From Lama glama (Eukaryota): a DNA stretch of 64,000 nt. Position 1 is the stretch's first letter. Every line of letters starts with the position of its first letter. The translations under genes and the position numbers were made by a program. The stretch covers positions 43,898,001-43,962,000 of the forward strand of contig CM052817.1 of the NCBI GenBank assembly GCA_028534125.1, read 5' to 3'. Shown in pieces: positions 1 through 14,914 of this stretch. The notes under the pieces are model-generated. The model saw only the letters and a program-made list of their open reading frames with translations. It did no database searches and was not told the origin of the DNA.

Positions 1-3000
1 ATTCTTGCTAGCTCTTTTATTGAATTCATACACATTTCTTAATTAAAGTTGTTTGTGGCAAGCAACTTTAAATACATTAGAAAGAGATGTGAAATACATA
101 AATGTTTACAATGTAGTGATCATTGTTTTCCCTTTCCACAATCTTTCCTAGACTATAAGGTTTTTAGGGCAAGGAACACAGTTCTAGTAATTAAAAATAA
201 AGTTTTTTTTTGGCATTACATTTTCTTTTCCTCTTTTTTTTTTTGTCTTTTTGTAGAATAACCTCAAAATAAAGTTTCAAGAAATTGTTAATCAAAATGT
301 TTATTAAGCTCTTCCTCATAGAGAAATAATAAATATAGATTATGTCCAACTGGGTTTTAGAAAATGATACCAAATTCTGTTCCTTGATTCTGGGCAACTG
401 CCTGTTGTTCCTAGTATGTTGTAGCTATACCACCGTCATTTTGTCAGCCTCAAAACAAGAAGGAAATTTTCTGTATTGGTTAGCTCAGGAGGAAGGTAAT
501 GAGTTTAAGTAACAAAACAGGAAATTTATTCTTCTGTGACCTTTGATGAGTTTGTGAAGTTAGCATTTTGACTGCAGGGTTGATATTCAGAAGAGTTTTA
601 TATTTAGTTTGCTTTATGGCTTTTGCAGAGTTATCTACCTGCCAGGAAAAAATAGGAGTCCAAGTTAAAGGCTCTGCTACCTTTGTGGGAAATGATTAAC
701 AATACTCTTCCTTCTGCTGACAGAATCTGGGTATCTGTATTTTACAATGGCTCATTTTTGCTTCCACACAGGGCCGAAGTATCCTTTTCCTGAAACCAAG
801 CTTGACTCAAAGCCTTTGTAAATTCTCTTATTCTTTATCCTTTTAAGCAACTATTTTAGGAACTGTTTTAAAGCTGATTGCCCTTCCCTTCAAACCTTTT
901 CCGCTCAGTACAAAGCACCACCTTCTTGGCAGTCATTTGTATGAGTAGAGTGGGTACTCTTGTTATTCATGCCAAAAAGTTAAGGATTAGCTCTATTGTT
1001 TAACGCTATCTGTTTTGGATTAATGTGAGTCCGCATTGGCCTTGCCTTTTAAATTCTTTCATAACTGAGATTCTGGCACCTTGGAACCCTTTCCTGGATG
1101 GAGCTTTTCTTTGTTCCTTATTGAGTTTTATCCCAGACAGAGTTTAGTTACTAAGGTTTTTCTGTTTTACACTGTTGTTAATGTGGACTTGTAGATTCCA
1201 AGTTATAAACCTTGGTTTATAGATAAGTAACACCTCTTCATATGTATTTTGCTGTGTATATCTAACGCTGGAGCATTGTGCAGTTTGGTTCATGTCAAAA
1301 GTATGGGACAGCTATTATGATTACTCTTAATATCAGTCAGTGAGACTTTGTATTTAAGATTTAATTATTTTTCTAAAGAAGTAGAAAAGCTAAAATAATT
1401 AGAAAAGCTATTAATTATGAAAAGGGTTCATTAGTTTAATCCTTAGTTTTTTATCCTAGTATCATGTTCAGTTTTTTAGCAATGGAAACCAACTTCTTGA
1501 ATTAGTGTTTAAATTTTCTTGATGCAATGCAGCATTCATAGTTTATACAGAGGTGGGTTTTTTTGCTTATATGAACAAACTTAAGAGATTATATTTATGA
1601 AATACTATTGAATTATTTGATTTTACATACCACTAGAGAGGCAGAGCCTGAAATTGAAAGGTAGGAGAAGGAAAAAAAAGATGAAGTATTTTGTTTTGTA
1701 TCAAGTGTTAGAATGTTACTTCAGTTTTTTCAGACTTAACATGTGGGACTGAGTCCAGTTTTTCTAGTGGATTTGTTACTTCGAGTTTTAAGAACTCTCA
1801 TATTCTTGATATGCTTACTTTTTTCTTCTCTTTTGATATGCTTGCTTTTAATCAATGTGGCTTATCTAGATGATCTGTGATCCATTTACAACTGCCCTTG
1901 TAGCTTGTCTCAGTTAGGGTCTGAACATATTTACTCTTTACTTTGTTTATAGCAGCAATGTTTTCATTACTTGCAGGTTTGAAGAAACAGACTGTGCTGT
2001 GTGTTCCTGTTTACTCTTCTTTCAGACTGCCCAGCTAGTTGATCTCGGAGAATACTTTGGGTGGTACTTGTTATTGATTAGGAGTTTTAGGAGAATGCTT
2101 GCAGTAAACTTTCTGATCTTAAATTGTAGACATCTTTGTGAATAGAGTATTCTTGCTTCTGTCCCCCCGCCCCAACTTAACTTTCGTAGGTTAGCTATAG
2201 TGGAGAAAAAGAATTCAAAGGAGAATTTCCAAAAGATAGATACAGTGACCTTTGATGATTTTAGTGTATTAAGGAGAATGCTGGGAAAAAGACAGAAGGA
2301 CTTTACATGTTTATCTTTAAACATATGCCAAATACATTGGATAGTTCCCTTTTGACTACATAATAGCATCTTGGGTACACAACAAGGTAGAAACTTTGTT
2401 CTCATCCTGTGGCTTTTTCCTTGCATACCTGGATATCCTACAACTGCCCTTCAAAGAGGGTTATTTGAACTCTATTGGAGTTAGGCTGACATAGAATTTG
2501 GAGGACAAAAGTACAAATTAAAAAAATCCTGAATCACTTGTCTTATTTATTTTGTCAGTGTCTGTACTTGTGACTGAAGTAGGAAATAAAGAGAGGAACA
2601 TCTAGTGTGAGAATTCATTAGAGAAATAGGAACATGGTTTCCTTTATGCTATCTCAAAGTTTGTTGAATAGTAAGCTCACTGTGATGAATGTTACATTTG
2701 TTGTTCCTGTATCAAAAAAATTGAACTGTTTCTGGGTCATAGGTATTCTATTCAGGTTGCTTGGATTCAGGCTGTGAGGGAATCCTGAGTCTCTAGCTAT
2801 GCTCTCATTTACCCATCTGTTCTGCTAGTTAGGGTTGTACTTGTTTCCTCCAGGTTTCTGAGGGGTCTATATATATATATATATGAAGAAAAATGAGAAT
2901 TGATCTAGCAATTTATTAATTTATAGGTCTTGTGCTGGGCTGTTTTAAAATCAAGACCTGTATGGACCTCCTACTCTTCAAATTCCGTGCTTCTTGATCA

Positions 3001-3049
3001 ATGTTTTGAATATCATTTTTTGCCTAAGAATCAATTTGCTGCAATTATC

Positions 3050-5240
3050 AATGTTGTTTCCTTTCATTCAGCAAAATTATTTTGAAATTTACCCATCTTG
3101 TCATGTGTATCAATAGGTCATTCCTCTTTATTACTGAGTAATACTTTATTGTTCCACATTTTATTTATCTGTTAGCCTGTTGATAGGCATTTGGGTTGTT
3201 TACAGTTTTTAGCTATTACAGATAAAATTGCTAAGAACATTTGAGTTCAATTGAGTCTTTGAGTGTACATATGTTTTTATGTTTTCTTGGGTAAATATTT
3301 TGGAGTGGGATGTCTGCATCATGTGATAGGTATATATTTAATATTTAACTCTTTAATAAACTATGAAACTGTTTTCCAGTGTTGTACTATTTTTCATCCT
3401 TACCTGCAGCATATGAGCATTCCAGTTGCCCCACATTATCACCTCATCAGTCTTTAAACTTTAGCCATTCTGGTAGATAGTATCTCATTGTGGTTTAATT
3501 TTCATTTCCCTAATGACTAATGACATTGAGCATCTTATCATGTACTTATTTGCCATACATATGTCTTAATGGGTAAAGTATATGTTAAGATGTTTTGTCT
3601 ATTAAGAAAACTTTCTTATTACTGACTTTGGAGAGCCCTTTATTTATGCTGGATATAATTTTATATTATACATACGATTTGCAAATATCTTTTTCCTAGT
3701 CTGTGATTTGCTTTTGCATGTTACAGTGTTTTTCAAAGAACAAAAAAGTTCTTATTTTGGTGAAGTTCAGCTTATCAATTTTTTGTTTTATGGATCATAC
3801 TGTTTTTCTGTTGTTTAAGAAATCATTGCTAAACACGTGATCGCTAAGATTTTCTCTTATTTTCTAAGAGATATTTTATAATTTTAGCTTTTATATTTAC
3901 AGTTCCCTGTACCTCTTTAAAATAGCGATAATGAAAACATCTACAATTTAGGATAGTTGTGATTACTAAATGAGGTGTAAAGATTGAGGTTGTGTTGTTC
4001 GAGTATGACAATCTAATTGCTCCAGCACTACTTATTAAAGATTATCCTTTCCCTATTGAATTGCCTTGGTACCTCTATTTAAAATTTTGCCCATATATAT
4101 GTGAGTTTACTTCTAGACTCTATTCTCTTCATCTGTTTGTTTATCTTTATGCTGATACCTCATTGCCAGTATTACTATACCTTTATAGTAATTCTTGATA
4201 TCAGGTAGTATAAGTCTTCTAATTTTATTTTTTCTTTTCAAAGTTACTTTGGCTGTTCTAGGTCGTTAATATTTCCATGTAAATTTTGGAGTAAGCTTGT
4301 CAATTTCTATGAAAACTACCTGCTGGAATTTGATTGGAGTTGCATTGACTCTATAGGTGAATCTGGGGAGAATTAACATCTTTGACAGTGTTGAGTCTTC
4401 TGTCATATGAACATGCTGTATGTCTTCATTTACTTAGCTCTTTAATTTTTCTCAGCAATGTGTTACAGTTTTCAGTGTACAGATCTTGCACATTTTTTCA
4501 CGTTAATCTCTAAGTGTATAATTTTTGATACTATTATAAATAATATTCTAAAAATTTTAGTTTCTGTTTGCTTGTTGCTTTTGTACAGAAATGCAGTAGT
4601 TTTTTTGGGGGGCTGTATATTTGTATTGTGTCCCACCATCTTGCTAAACTTACTAGTTCTGTACCTGTAGGATTTTCTGATTATACACAATTGTGTCATC
4701 TGAGAATAAAGATGAGTTTAGTTCCTCCTTCCAGTTTCAATGCTTTTTATATCTTTTTTTGCCTGATAACATGGGCTGGAACCTGCAATACAAAGTTGAA
4801 TAGAAGTGAGCAAGAAAGCATTCAAAATTTCACTAGTAAGTATGATGTTAGCTGTAGATTTTTCATAGATGCCATTTATCAAACAGTACATTTCCTTTTA
4901 TTTTTTAAATGAGAGTTCTTTTTCTTTTCAAATAAGAATAGTGGTTTAGATTATTTAAAAGTGCTTTTTATGCCTCTGTTGATGATATTATATAACATGT
5001 ATTAGTCTGGATATAGGTGGATTATAGGTGGATTATATTGATTTTTTTGGAATGTTAAACAGCCTTGCATTCCTGGGATATTCACAACTTGGTATATCAC
5101 CCTTTTTATACATTACTGGATTTGGTTTGCTAAAAATTTTAAAAACATTTCATGTACTGTCCTTGTTTGGTTTTCGTATTAGGATAATGTTCACCACAAC
5201 TTTATGGAAGAGTTTGCATAGAATTCGTATTTCTTCCTGA
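3050..5240 (-). mobile_element. Old L1 (L1M-type) 3' ORF2/3'UTR fragment, antisense to gene
   Basis: Typical antisense L1 text: ttgggttgtttacagttttt, tctcattgtggtttaattttcatttccctaatgactaatgacattgagcatc, ttgcattgactctataggtgaatctggggaga. Confidence 0.85.
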
Positions 5241-5689
5241 AAGGCTAACCATGGTTGAGAACTACTGGACTACATATGATTTCTGTTTCCTTGAATTTTT
5301 TTTCTAAAATTTTAATTCTGTTCTTATATAATAAGATACATACATTCTTATAAAAAAAGAGCAATTCATATGTATTATTTAATGCATGAACCTCCTTGGA
5401 GGTGCAGTGGGAGAAGTAAATAAATTTTGCTAGGTACAGCTCAAAGCAAGCTGATGTTTGATTTGAATTTTTCAGTGACGCAGAATTGACTCCAACAAAC
5501 TGAGGAGCTATAGGAGAGGGGAAGGCAGTGGTGTGCTACAGTGGTGTGCTTGAGTTGGCTTGTGCTGACTTGAAAGTGCACGACACTCAGCAGTTGATGG
5601 CTGCTGTTTAGTACTCAGGAGAAGACCCAGAGTTCTTGTGAAGTTTCTCTCTGTTCTGCTGCTCTGTCCTCAGACTTTTCCAGGTTGAG

Positions 5690-5930
5690 CATATGAAGTG
5701 GTAATGGTATATTGGATAAGACTGGGGCTGTAGAACCAGGCTGCTTGGGTAGAAATCCCAGCTCTGCTGCTCTTTAGCCATGTAACCAGAGGCAAGTTCT
5801 CTTTGCTTCTCCAAAACAGAGATAATTAAAACACCTACAACTTAAGAGTAGTTGCGATTATTAAGTAAATTAATACATGTAGAACACTATGAATGACGTT
5901 TTAATATGGTTGGTACTCATTGAATGATAG
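5690..5930 (+). mobile_element. MIR SINE, degraded
   Basis: gactggggctgtagaaccaggctgcttgggtagaaatcccagctctgctgc ... gataattaaaacacctac MIR core-like motifs. Confidence 0.75.
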
Positions 5931-6178
5931 TTATAACCTGTTATTTGTGTCATGGAAATTGCTAAGATGCTCAGCCTTTAGTGGAATGCCTGTCTGCTCC
6001 TCTTAACTACCTGTAGACAATTTTAATTGGCCAGGATGTCTTTAGTCAAGAACTTTCGGGTAAGTAGGACTCATAACCTTTGACTTTTCCCTTTCTATTG
6101 TAAGTGACATTTTTGCAGTAGTACTTGATTTTCTAAACACTTGTTTAACATACATCATACTCTGGACTCACTTCTGTG

Positions 6179-6393
6179 CAGGATTCTCAACCTTGGCACT
6201 ATTGACATTTTGAGCCAGATATTCCTTGTTGTGAGGGCCTGTCCTGAGCATTGTAAGATGTTTGGCAGCATCCATGACCTCTACTTGCTAGAAGCCATTA
6301 GCAGCACACCCCCAAGTTGTGACAACCCAAAATATTTCAAGATGTTGTTAAATGTCCCCCAAATGGCAAAATCATACCTGATTGAGGACCACT
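6179..6393. mobile_element. MER20-like hAT-Charlie MITE
   Basis: caggattctcaaccttggcactattgacattttgagccagat ... gattgaggaccact with terminal inverted similarity; matches recalled MER20. Confidence 0.8.
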
Positions 6394-6464
6394 TTTTTAG
6401 AGGGGACTTCAGTGTGTGCTGTAATTTGAGACTGTGATTTGTTGTTTTAGTATTTCTTGAAAGT

Positions 6465-7135
6465 CATGCTCTTTGATATTTACCTAAATGGATTGAAAAA
6501 TTATGTCTACACAAAAACTTGTACTTGGGTGTTCATAGAACCTTAATCATGATTGCTAAAACTTGGAAGAAACTAAGTTGTCCTTTAGTAGGTGAGTGGA
6601 TGAACTGTGGCAAATCCAGACAATGGAAATATTACTCAGTGTTAAAAAAAAAAAAACGAGCTATCAAGCTATGAAAAGACATGGAGGAACCTGAAGTACA
6701 TATTTCTGAGTGAAAGAAGCCACTCTGAAAAGGCTCCATACTGTATGACTCCAACTATTGGACATTCTATTCTGGAAAAGGCAAAACCTTGGAGATAGTA
6801 AAATTATCAGTGGTTGCCAGGGGTTAGAGGAGAGGGAGGGATCAAGAGGCAGTGCACAGAAGATTTTTTAGGGCAGTGAAACTATTCTGTACAGTGCTAC
6901 TTTAGTAGATACTTATCATCATACATAGGTCAAAATGCATAGAATGTAAAACAGCAAGGGTGAACCCTATTGTAAGTTATGAACTTTGGGGGATGATGTG
7001 TCAATGTAGGTTCATTGATTGTAGCAAATGTTGGAGGTATTGTGCTGTGTGGGGACACGGAGTATGGGAACTCAGTACTTTCTGCTAAGTTTTACTGTAT
7101 ATCTAAAATTGCTTAAAAGTAAAGTTTATTAATTA
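6465..7135 (+). mobile_element. L1 (L1MB/MC-type) ORF2 end and 3'UTR, sense
   Basis: atgtctacacaaaaacttgtac, aaatccagacaatggaaatattactcag, aaagacatggaggaacct, gtcaatgtaggttcattgattgta. Confidence 0.8.
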
Positions 7136-9599
7136 AATTGTTCTTTACTTCATATTACAAGAACAATTTATTGTCAGTATAGAATAATTAGAGGATATAG
7201 CTGACTAGGACAAAAATTATCCATAATTCTATCATTCTTTCAGACTTTTTCCATACCCATTGGTACAGATTTCATATATATACACCGTTTTGTTACAAAG
7301 ATGGGATTATGCTATATGCAGTCAGTTTTTGTTTTCAGTTAGTAGTACATCGTGAATACTTTCCCACAGATTTAAATGTTCAACAATTAAAAAAAATTGC
7401 ATTAGTGCCCTTCCACAATTGGAGAGTGGACTGTTCTGATTTTTCGAGATGCTTTTTGCTACATATAGATTGCCAGCTGTTAGGTTAGGCTACCAAAAAG
7501 TAAGCATCCAGTCTATGCTGATTATAACTTAATGTTTTTCTTTGGAATTATTTACTGCAGAACTGTAGATTGGCACAAATATTGAGTATCAGAGAGGACC
7601 AAGTGATAGAATTTTGGGTAAACCAATTCTGTGGAATGTAAGTTTTGTGCTGCTTTGAAAAACTGTCATTATTTGAATCCCATGTGTCTGTCTAAGAAAA
7701 TCATGGAATTTTAAGGTGCTTATTAAAGGAAACTTGTTAATAGGCTATTATCACTGTAAAAAAGTTACAAGTTTTTTTTGGAGGCTAGTTCTTAAAAGTA
7801 AGGATAACAAGTGCAGTAATAAGAGTTGGTGAAAGTTAAGTTTACAAGTTAAGTACAGAATATATGATCTTTTAGTTACTACTGTATGTATTTTTGGTCA
7901 CATTTTGGAATAACTGGCATCACTTCCTAATCATCACTGGGGAGCCCTTTTTCATTTATTCACTTTGGAATTGCCTCCTGAGAACATGGGATTTTATTAT
8001 TTGGTTCATTTCTTGCATTCTAACTTTCCCTCTTCAAAATCATGTGGAAACTGAATTGTAGAAATTTTTTTTCCTGAGGCAGTTCATTTGTCTGCCTCAG
8101 TTGTATGGAGTTGGATTGCTGTAGCTTTTTCTTGCTGTATTTGATATATTTATGTATAAAAACAAAATTACAGTATCATTCATTAACAGTATTAATTTAG
8201 AAATTTTAGATATTTTTAATGCAGCCATTTTTTGTATACATTAAATTATAGTGATTTTCATTAAATATGTGTTAATCTGAAATTTCTGAACAGAAATTTT
8301 CTGGGATACTTTAGTTAATGAGACATTTCTAAAATTACAGCCAACTATCACTGAGAGGGAATTTTAAATTAACCCTTGGGGGCATAAACTTGGGATTTTG
8401 TTGCATTTCTTCTGTGGCATAAAATCGTTCTTTAAGATGGAATAATCTAAATCTAGATTTCTGCCTCATGTTTATTTTCAAAATCTGAAAGAATTTATTT
8501 TAGAACTAGAAGATAGTCTAGTTGCTGACCCTGAAGAATCCTGAATTGAGAGATAGTCTGCTTTAAGTTTCAATTTCAAAGAGTGTGAGTACACATTTTA
8601 AAATTCAATTTGTCATCTTATAACTGAATCTGTTCACTACACAAGTGATTATAATTGTGCATGCTGAAAAATGGGTTAAATATGATGACAGTCAAGTACT
8701 GTAGTCTCCTATGCTGTAGTCTGCTTTTATGATGGGAAGTGACAAGGATATTTTATAATTCATATAACTACAGGGTTTTTAAGGCATGTATACATGTAGA
8801 GAGAATTTGTGTATTTTTGTTATTTATTATTAATAAATTTATACCCTCAATTATAATTTCTTTAAGAATGTGACAGCTGAATCAGTAGAGGATAAAGGTC
8901 CTCTTGGAAATGTGATTAAAAGAAATGCTGTTGAGCAGAAGAAAGTTAAAGGAATGAAGGAAGAAGGCAGCCACGATTGACAGTGTCATGTTATTACTAG
9001 ACTCTCTTATGGCTGGCAGTTTTTCATGTTAGGAGTGTGGTCTATAGGAAAGAGTCAGGAAAGCATAAACAGATTTTTGAACTTTCCATGATCTTTCCTC
9101 TGCCAACCTATACAACCCTCTCTCTCCATGCCTTCAGCGATATTTTTAGCAACTTTGAACTGCTTATAATCGCCCTCTCTCGTGTGTGTGTTAGAGGATT
9201 GTGGGGGTGGAGGAATTTTTCAAATATCCTGGGTCACCATAAGCCCTGTTAGAATTTATTAGTCATTAATAAAGTTGACTTATTATAACTTTTTGGCATT
9301 GTTACTAAAAGTCTGCAAAATTCTATGGTTTTAATTTTTGTGATTTTACTGGCTAAACTCAATTTATGCTATATTTAGGCTAACATATTTATAAATGCCT
9401 TGAGGTGAAGCTAGAGATAGGAGAATCATACATTCTGTTTGTTTATTTTCTGTTTTTACTCTCTTAAGTGATGTTTTGAATGGTAAAGTAATTTTCCCCG
9501 GTTGTTTTGCTTTACCAAGAGACAAGAAGACTTAAATTATTTTATTTCTTGAGTGTATTTCTGATGATGATATTATGAGTAATTATAGATTAACCAGTA

Positions 9600-12500
9600 T
9601 ATGTAGTTCACATCATGACGAAAATTGCTTTATCCTCATTATAGTCTAGCCCTCCCTCCACCTCTTGCCCCTAGCAGTCACTTATCAGTATTCTGTCCCC
9701 ATAGTTTAGAGTATTCTGGATTATCATAAATGGATTTATATAGTACATAGCCTTTTTAAAAAATTGAGATATAATTGACATGTATGTAACATTGTATTAG
9801 TTTCAGGTGTACAACATAATGACTTGATACATGCATATTACTGTGAAATGATTACCACAAGGTGAGTTTCATTAACATTCTTCACTACATAGTTATACAA
9901 TTTTTTTGTGTGTGTATGATGAAAACTTTCAAGATTTCTCTTAGCAACTTTCAGATGTACTGTACGGTATTACTAACTTTAGTCACCAAGTTGTGTATTA
10001 CATCCCCGGAACTTGTTTTGTAACTGGAAGTTTCTACCTCTTGACTCCCTTCACCCATTTTGCCCCCCTCCCCAACCTCGGCCTCTGGCAGCCACCAATC
10101 AGTCTATGAGTATATTTATTTGTTTATTTGTTTGTTTGTTTTTTTGGATTCCACATTAAAGTCAGTTACAGTATTTGTCTTTCTATGTGTGACTTACATC
10201 ACTTAGGATAGTACCTTCAGAATCGATCTATGTTGTTTCAAATGACAGAATTTCCTTTTTTTTTAATGACTGATATTTCATTGTGTGTTTTGTGAGTGAG
10301 TGCATATGTATGTGTATCACATTTTCTTTATCCCTTCATCTGTTGATGGACAGATAGATTGGTTGTATGTTTGGCTGTTGTAAATAATGCTGCAGTGAAC
10401 ATGAGGGTGCAGGTATCTTTTCTGGTAGTGATTTTGTTTTCTTGGAATAAATACCCTAGGTGGAATTACTGGATCATATTGTAGTTCTGTTTTCAATTTT
10501 TTGAGGAACCTCCTTACTGTTTTCCATAGTGGCTGTACCAGTTTACATTCCCACTAACAGTGTTCAAGGGTTCCCTTTTCTCCACATCCTCACCAACACT
10601 TGTCTCTTGTCTTTTTGACAATAGCTATTTTAACAGATGTGATATCTCATTGTGGCTTTGATTTGCATTTCCCTGATAAATAGTGATGTTGAGCCCCTCT
10701 TCATGTACCTATTTTGAAAAGTGTCTGTTTAGATACTTTGCCCACTTTTAAATGGGATTTTTTTCCTATTGAGTTGTATGAGTTCTTTATATATTTTGGA
10801 TATTAACTTCTTGTCAGATATATGATTTACAAATATTTTCTCACGTTCTGTAGGTTGCCATTTCATTTTGTTGATGGTTTCTTTTACCGAGCAGGAGCTT
10901 TTTAGTTTGATTTAGTCCAACATGTTTATTTTTGTTTTTGTTTCCTTTGCTTTTGTGTCAAACCCCCAAAAGCATTGCTGAGTCAAGGAATTTACACCCT
11001 ATGTTTTCTTCTAGGAGTTTTATGGTTTTGAGTCTATATTCAGTTCTTTAATTAATTTTGAGTTGATTTTTCTGTATGGTGTATGATAGGCTGTTCAGTT
11101 TTCCCATCATCACTTACTGAAGCAACTGTTCTTTTCCCATTGTATGTTCTTGGCTCCTTTGTTATAAATTAACTGATTGTATATTTGTGGGTTTATTTCT
11201 GGTCTCTCTGTTTTGTTCCATTGAGTGATGTGTTTGTTTTTATTCAAAATCATACTGTTTATTGCTTTGTAATATAGTTAGAAATCAGGAAGCATGTCTC
11301 CAGCTTTGTTCTTTCTCCAGATTTCTTTGGCTCTTCAGCGTCTTTTGTGGTTCCATATAAATTTTAGGATTGTTTGTTCTATTTCTGTGAAAAATGCCAT
11401 GAGAATTTTGATCAGGATTGCGTTGAATCTGCAGATTGCTTTGGGCATTTATGGATATTTTGACAGTATTAATTCTTCCAATCCATGAGCATGGAGTATC
11501 TTTCTATCAGTTTGTGTCTTTAGTTTCTTTCATCAGTGTCTTACAGTTTTCAGTGTAAGGTCTTTCACCTTGGTTAAATTTATTCCTAAGTATTTTATTC
11601 TTTTTGATACAAATGTTAATCTGTTTTTTTTTCTGAATTTCTCTGATAGTTTGTTATTAGTGTATAGAATCAACAGATTTTTTGTATATTGATTTTGTAT
11701 CCTGTAACTTTACCAAATTCGTTTATTCTAACAGTTTTTTTGTAGAGTCTTTAGCTATATGTGATAACATGTCACCTGCAAACAAATAGTTGTACTTCCT
11801 TTTCGATTTGGATCTTTTTTTTTTCTTTCTTTTTCCTATCTAATTGCTCTGGCTAAGACTTTCAGTACCGTGTTGAATGAAAGTGGCAAGAGTAGGCATC
11901 CTTGTCTTGTTCCTGATCTTAGAGGAAAAGCATTCAGGTTTTCACCATTGAGTATGATGTATGTTGTGGGCTTGTCATACATGGCCTTTATTATATTGAG
12001 GTGTATTGTGTATAGCCTTTTGAGTTTGGCATCTTGAATTTAGCATTAATGCATTTGCCATTCATCCATGTTGTGTGTATCATTAGTTCAATCCTTTTTT
12101 ATTGCTGAGTAATATTTCATTGTATGGCTGTACCACAGTTTACCTTTTTGTCAGTTGAAGGTTATTTGGGTTTTTTCCAGTTTTGGGTGGTTATAAATAA
12201 ACTTGCTGCAAACATTTATGCATGAATTTTTGTATGAGCATAAGTTTTAATTTTACTCGGGTAAATACCTGGGGATAGGATTGCTGGGTTGTATAAATGT
12301 GTTTATAACTTTATGAGAAGCTACCAAACTGTTTTCTGAAGTGGCAGTACTATTGTGCTTTCCCACCAACAAAATATGAGGGTATGTGTATGTATGGATG
12401 TATGTACAAATATGTGTATATATATAAACATATACACAAGGATGTGGGTGTATGTGTGGGAGGCTTCCTTGTCAGTCTTAGCTATTGTTAAGTTTTCAGT

Positions 12501-13360
12501 GTAATCATTTTAATAGGTATGTAGTGATATCTAATTGTGATTTTAAGTTGCATTTCCCTAATGCCTTATGTTGAGCATTTTTTCATGTGCTTATTTTCTG
12601 TCTGTGTATCTTCTTGGTGAAATCTCTGTTAAATATTTTTGCCACTTTTTAAAAAATTGGAATATCATATTCACTTCTGCAGCACATATACTAAAAATTG
12701 GATTTTCTTATAATTTTGTTTTGAGAGTACTTTATATATTCTGGAGTACTTTTTCACATAAGTGTTTTGCAGATATTTATTCTCAATCCCCTTTTCATTC
12801 ATGTTTCAAAGATCAGATGTTTTAAATTTTTAAGAAATCTAGTTTGTCAGTATTTTTTTTATGGATTGTGCTTTTGTTTTATCTAAGAAATGTTTACCTA
12901 ATCCAGGGTCACAAAGATTTTTCTCTTACATTTTCTTTTATAAGTTTTATAGTTTTTGGTTTTACGCTTAAGCTTAGATCCTTCTAACTAATTTTGTTTA
13001 TGGTGCAAGGTGTGGATTGATGCTTATTTTTTTATTTTGGCATACAGATCTCCAGTTTTCCCAGCACCATTTGTTGAAAAATCTGTCCTTTCTCAATATA
13101 TTGAGTACCTTCACACCTTTATGAAAATCTATTGACTGTATGTGTATGGGTCTATATCTGGTTTCTTGGTCCTGTTTTCTTGAACTATACACGTCTATGT
13201 TTCCATCAGTACCAAACTGCTTGGATTATTGTTGCTTTCTAGTAAGGCTTGATATCAGATAGTGGGGACATCCAAGTTTACAGTTCTTTTTCAAAAGTGT
13301 TTTGTTTCTTCTAGATCCTTCAACATACATTTTAGAATCAGCTTGTTGATTTTTACATGG
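9600..13360 (-). mobile_element. Older antisense L1 interrupted by a younger L1 (9757-12011)
   Basis: 3'UTR-type text at 9600-9756 resumes at 12012 after a duplicated atagcctttt. Confidence 0.75.
9757..12011 (-). mobile_element. Younger L1 (~2.25 kb, 3' ORF2 + 3'UTR) nested in older L1
   Basis: Well-preserved antisense L1 text; TSD core atagcctttt at 9747-9756 and 12012-12021. Confidence 0.85.
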
Positions 13361-14914
13361 GGAAATATTCTAAAGAACAGATGAAAGATAATTTCCACTA
13401 TGAGGGATAGATGGGACTTTGGCATCATTGAAAGAGATGAGAATGTACGTACCAGAAGAAATAAAAAATTCAGGCTACATCAAAAAAGTGGGAAAATAAG
13501 GGTTTGGGTAGGAACTCGTAGTCCCAGAAAAATTGATGTTGAAAATTTTAATATAGTCTAATTCCCTCCCATTTTCTGTGGGATAGTTAGGTTGTATTCA
13601 GTATCTTTAGATAAATGGGAGACATTAAATACAAAAAGCATTAAAGCATAGTGTTTGTTAGGTAGAGACCTAATTTGAAATGATAGGATGAGAATCATAA
13701 GCTTTGGTTGTCTAAATTGATTGCTAATGAAATAAAATGAAACTTGTCTAATAGTAGCCTTATATTGGAATTTTGAAATGCTTGATAGATTTGTAATTCC
13801 AGATCTTCATTTTTCCTTTTAGTATTTATGTTTTGTGTTGCTGCTGCTGTTGTTTTCTAGTATGCCAAAGATGGGAGAAAATTTCTAGATATGCAGAAAA
13901 GGAGTTTTATTCTTTCTGCTTTTTCTCTCCCTCCTGAGAGCACTTTTGCGAATAGACTATACTTTTACCTTTTTATAGAGTAAGAAGTTATCTTTCTGCA
14001 TTACCCTAAAGTTATTTTTGGATTACCTTTAGAAAGAAGTATAACAATTATTATGTTTATGTCATTCATACCCAGGGCTTTATTGTTACATATGCCTGTG
14101 CATTTTTCTTGCGTAGATAACTGGTTTGACTTGGCATATGAAGTAGATCCCTAATAGTAAACTGACTAGAAATAAAACATATTGAGTCCATATATTTCTA
14201 AAGGCCAAAAGAATCCTTGGTACAACTTTTATCTGATTATTTGGTTTACCAGTAAGAATCATAGAGAAAATATGATCTCTGGGTTAAGAAACCATTTCTC
14301 ATCACCTTAAGTTAAATGTACTGATATGTATTTAATCTTGTTATCTTTGTCTCATTCCCCAATATTAGGCCATTTAAAGCTTACCATTCTTGTCCTGGGA
14401 ACCCTACTCTCTACCTGTCCTTGACTGTTCTGCAAGTTATCTGTTATTCATGACCCTCATCCTTCGTGATAAGGATATTTTATTCTCCCTTTAGCTGTAC
14501 TAGTTTCCGCATAGTGGCAGTAGGGAGCAATGCAACTACCTGATCAGGAGAAAAGAAGTAGTATCAAGAAGAAATGCCAAATTCTTAATAGAATTATTTG
14601 AAAGAATATTTAGTAACTTTTTTTTAATCAAGTCATGTCGTAAGAATGGTGTAAGGTACATGACGGCAAGGATACTGTTCATCTTTTCCACTGTTGAAGT
14701 CCTAGTGCTTGGTATAATACATGATAGTAGGTCTGCAGTAAATATTTGTTGAATAAGTGTTAAACTGGTCAAAAACATGAAATTCCGAAAGTTTGAAGAT
14801 TATTTTTTCCATAATGATATGTGGCTTTACCGTTGTAAAACATGGATTTTCTCTTGTTTTTGTTTAGAGTGGTGAAAGATTGGGAGACATCATGAAAACT
14901 TTGAATGGGTTCTT

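Noticed and set aside
1960..2070. Possible alternative exon in intron 1 (two pyrimidine-tract/CAG acceptors)
   Set aside because: No convincing donor or coding signal; such motifs are frequent in T-rich introns.
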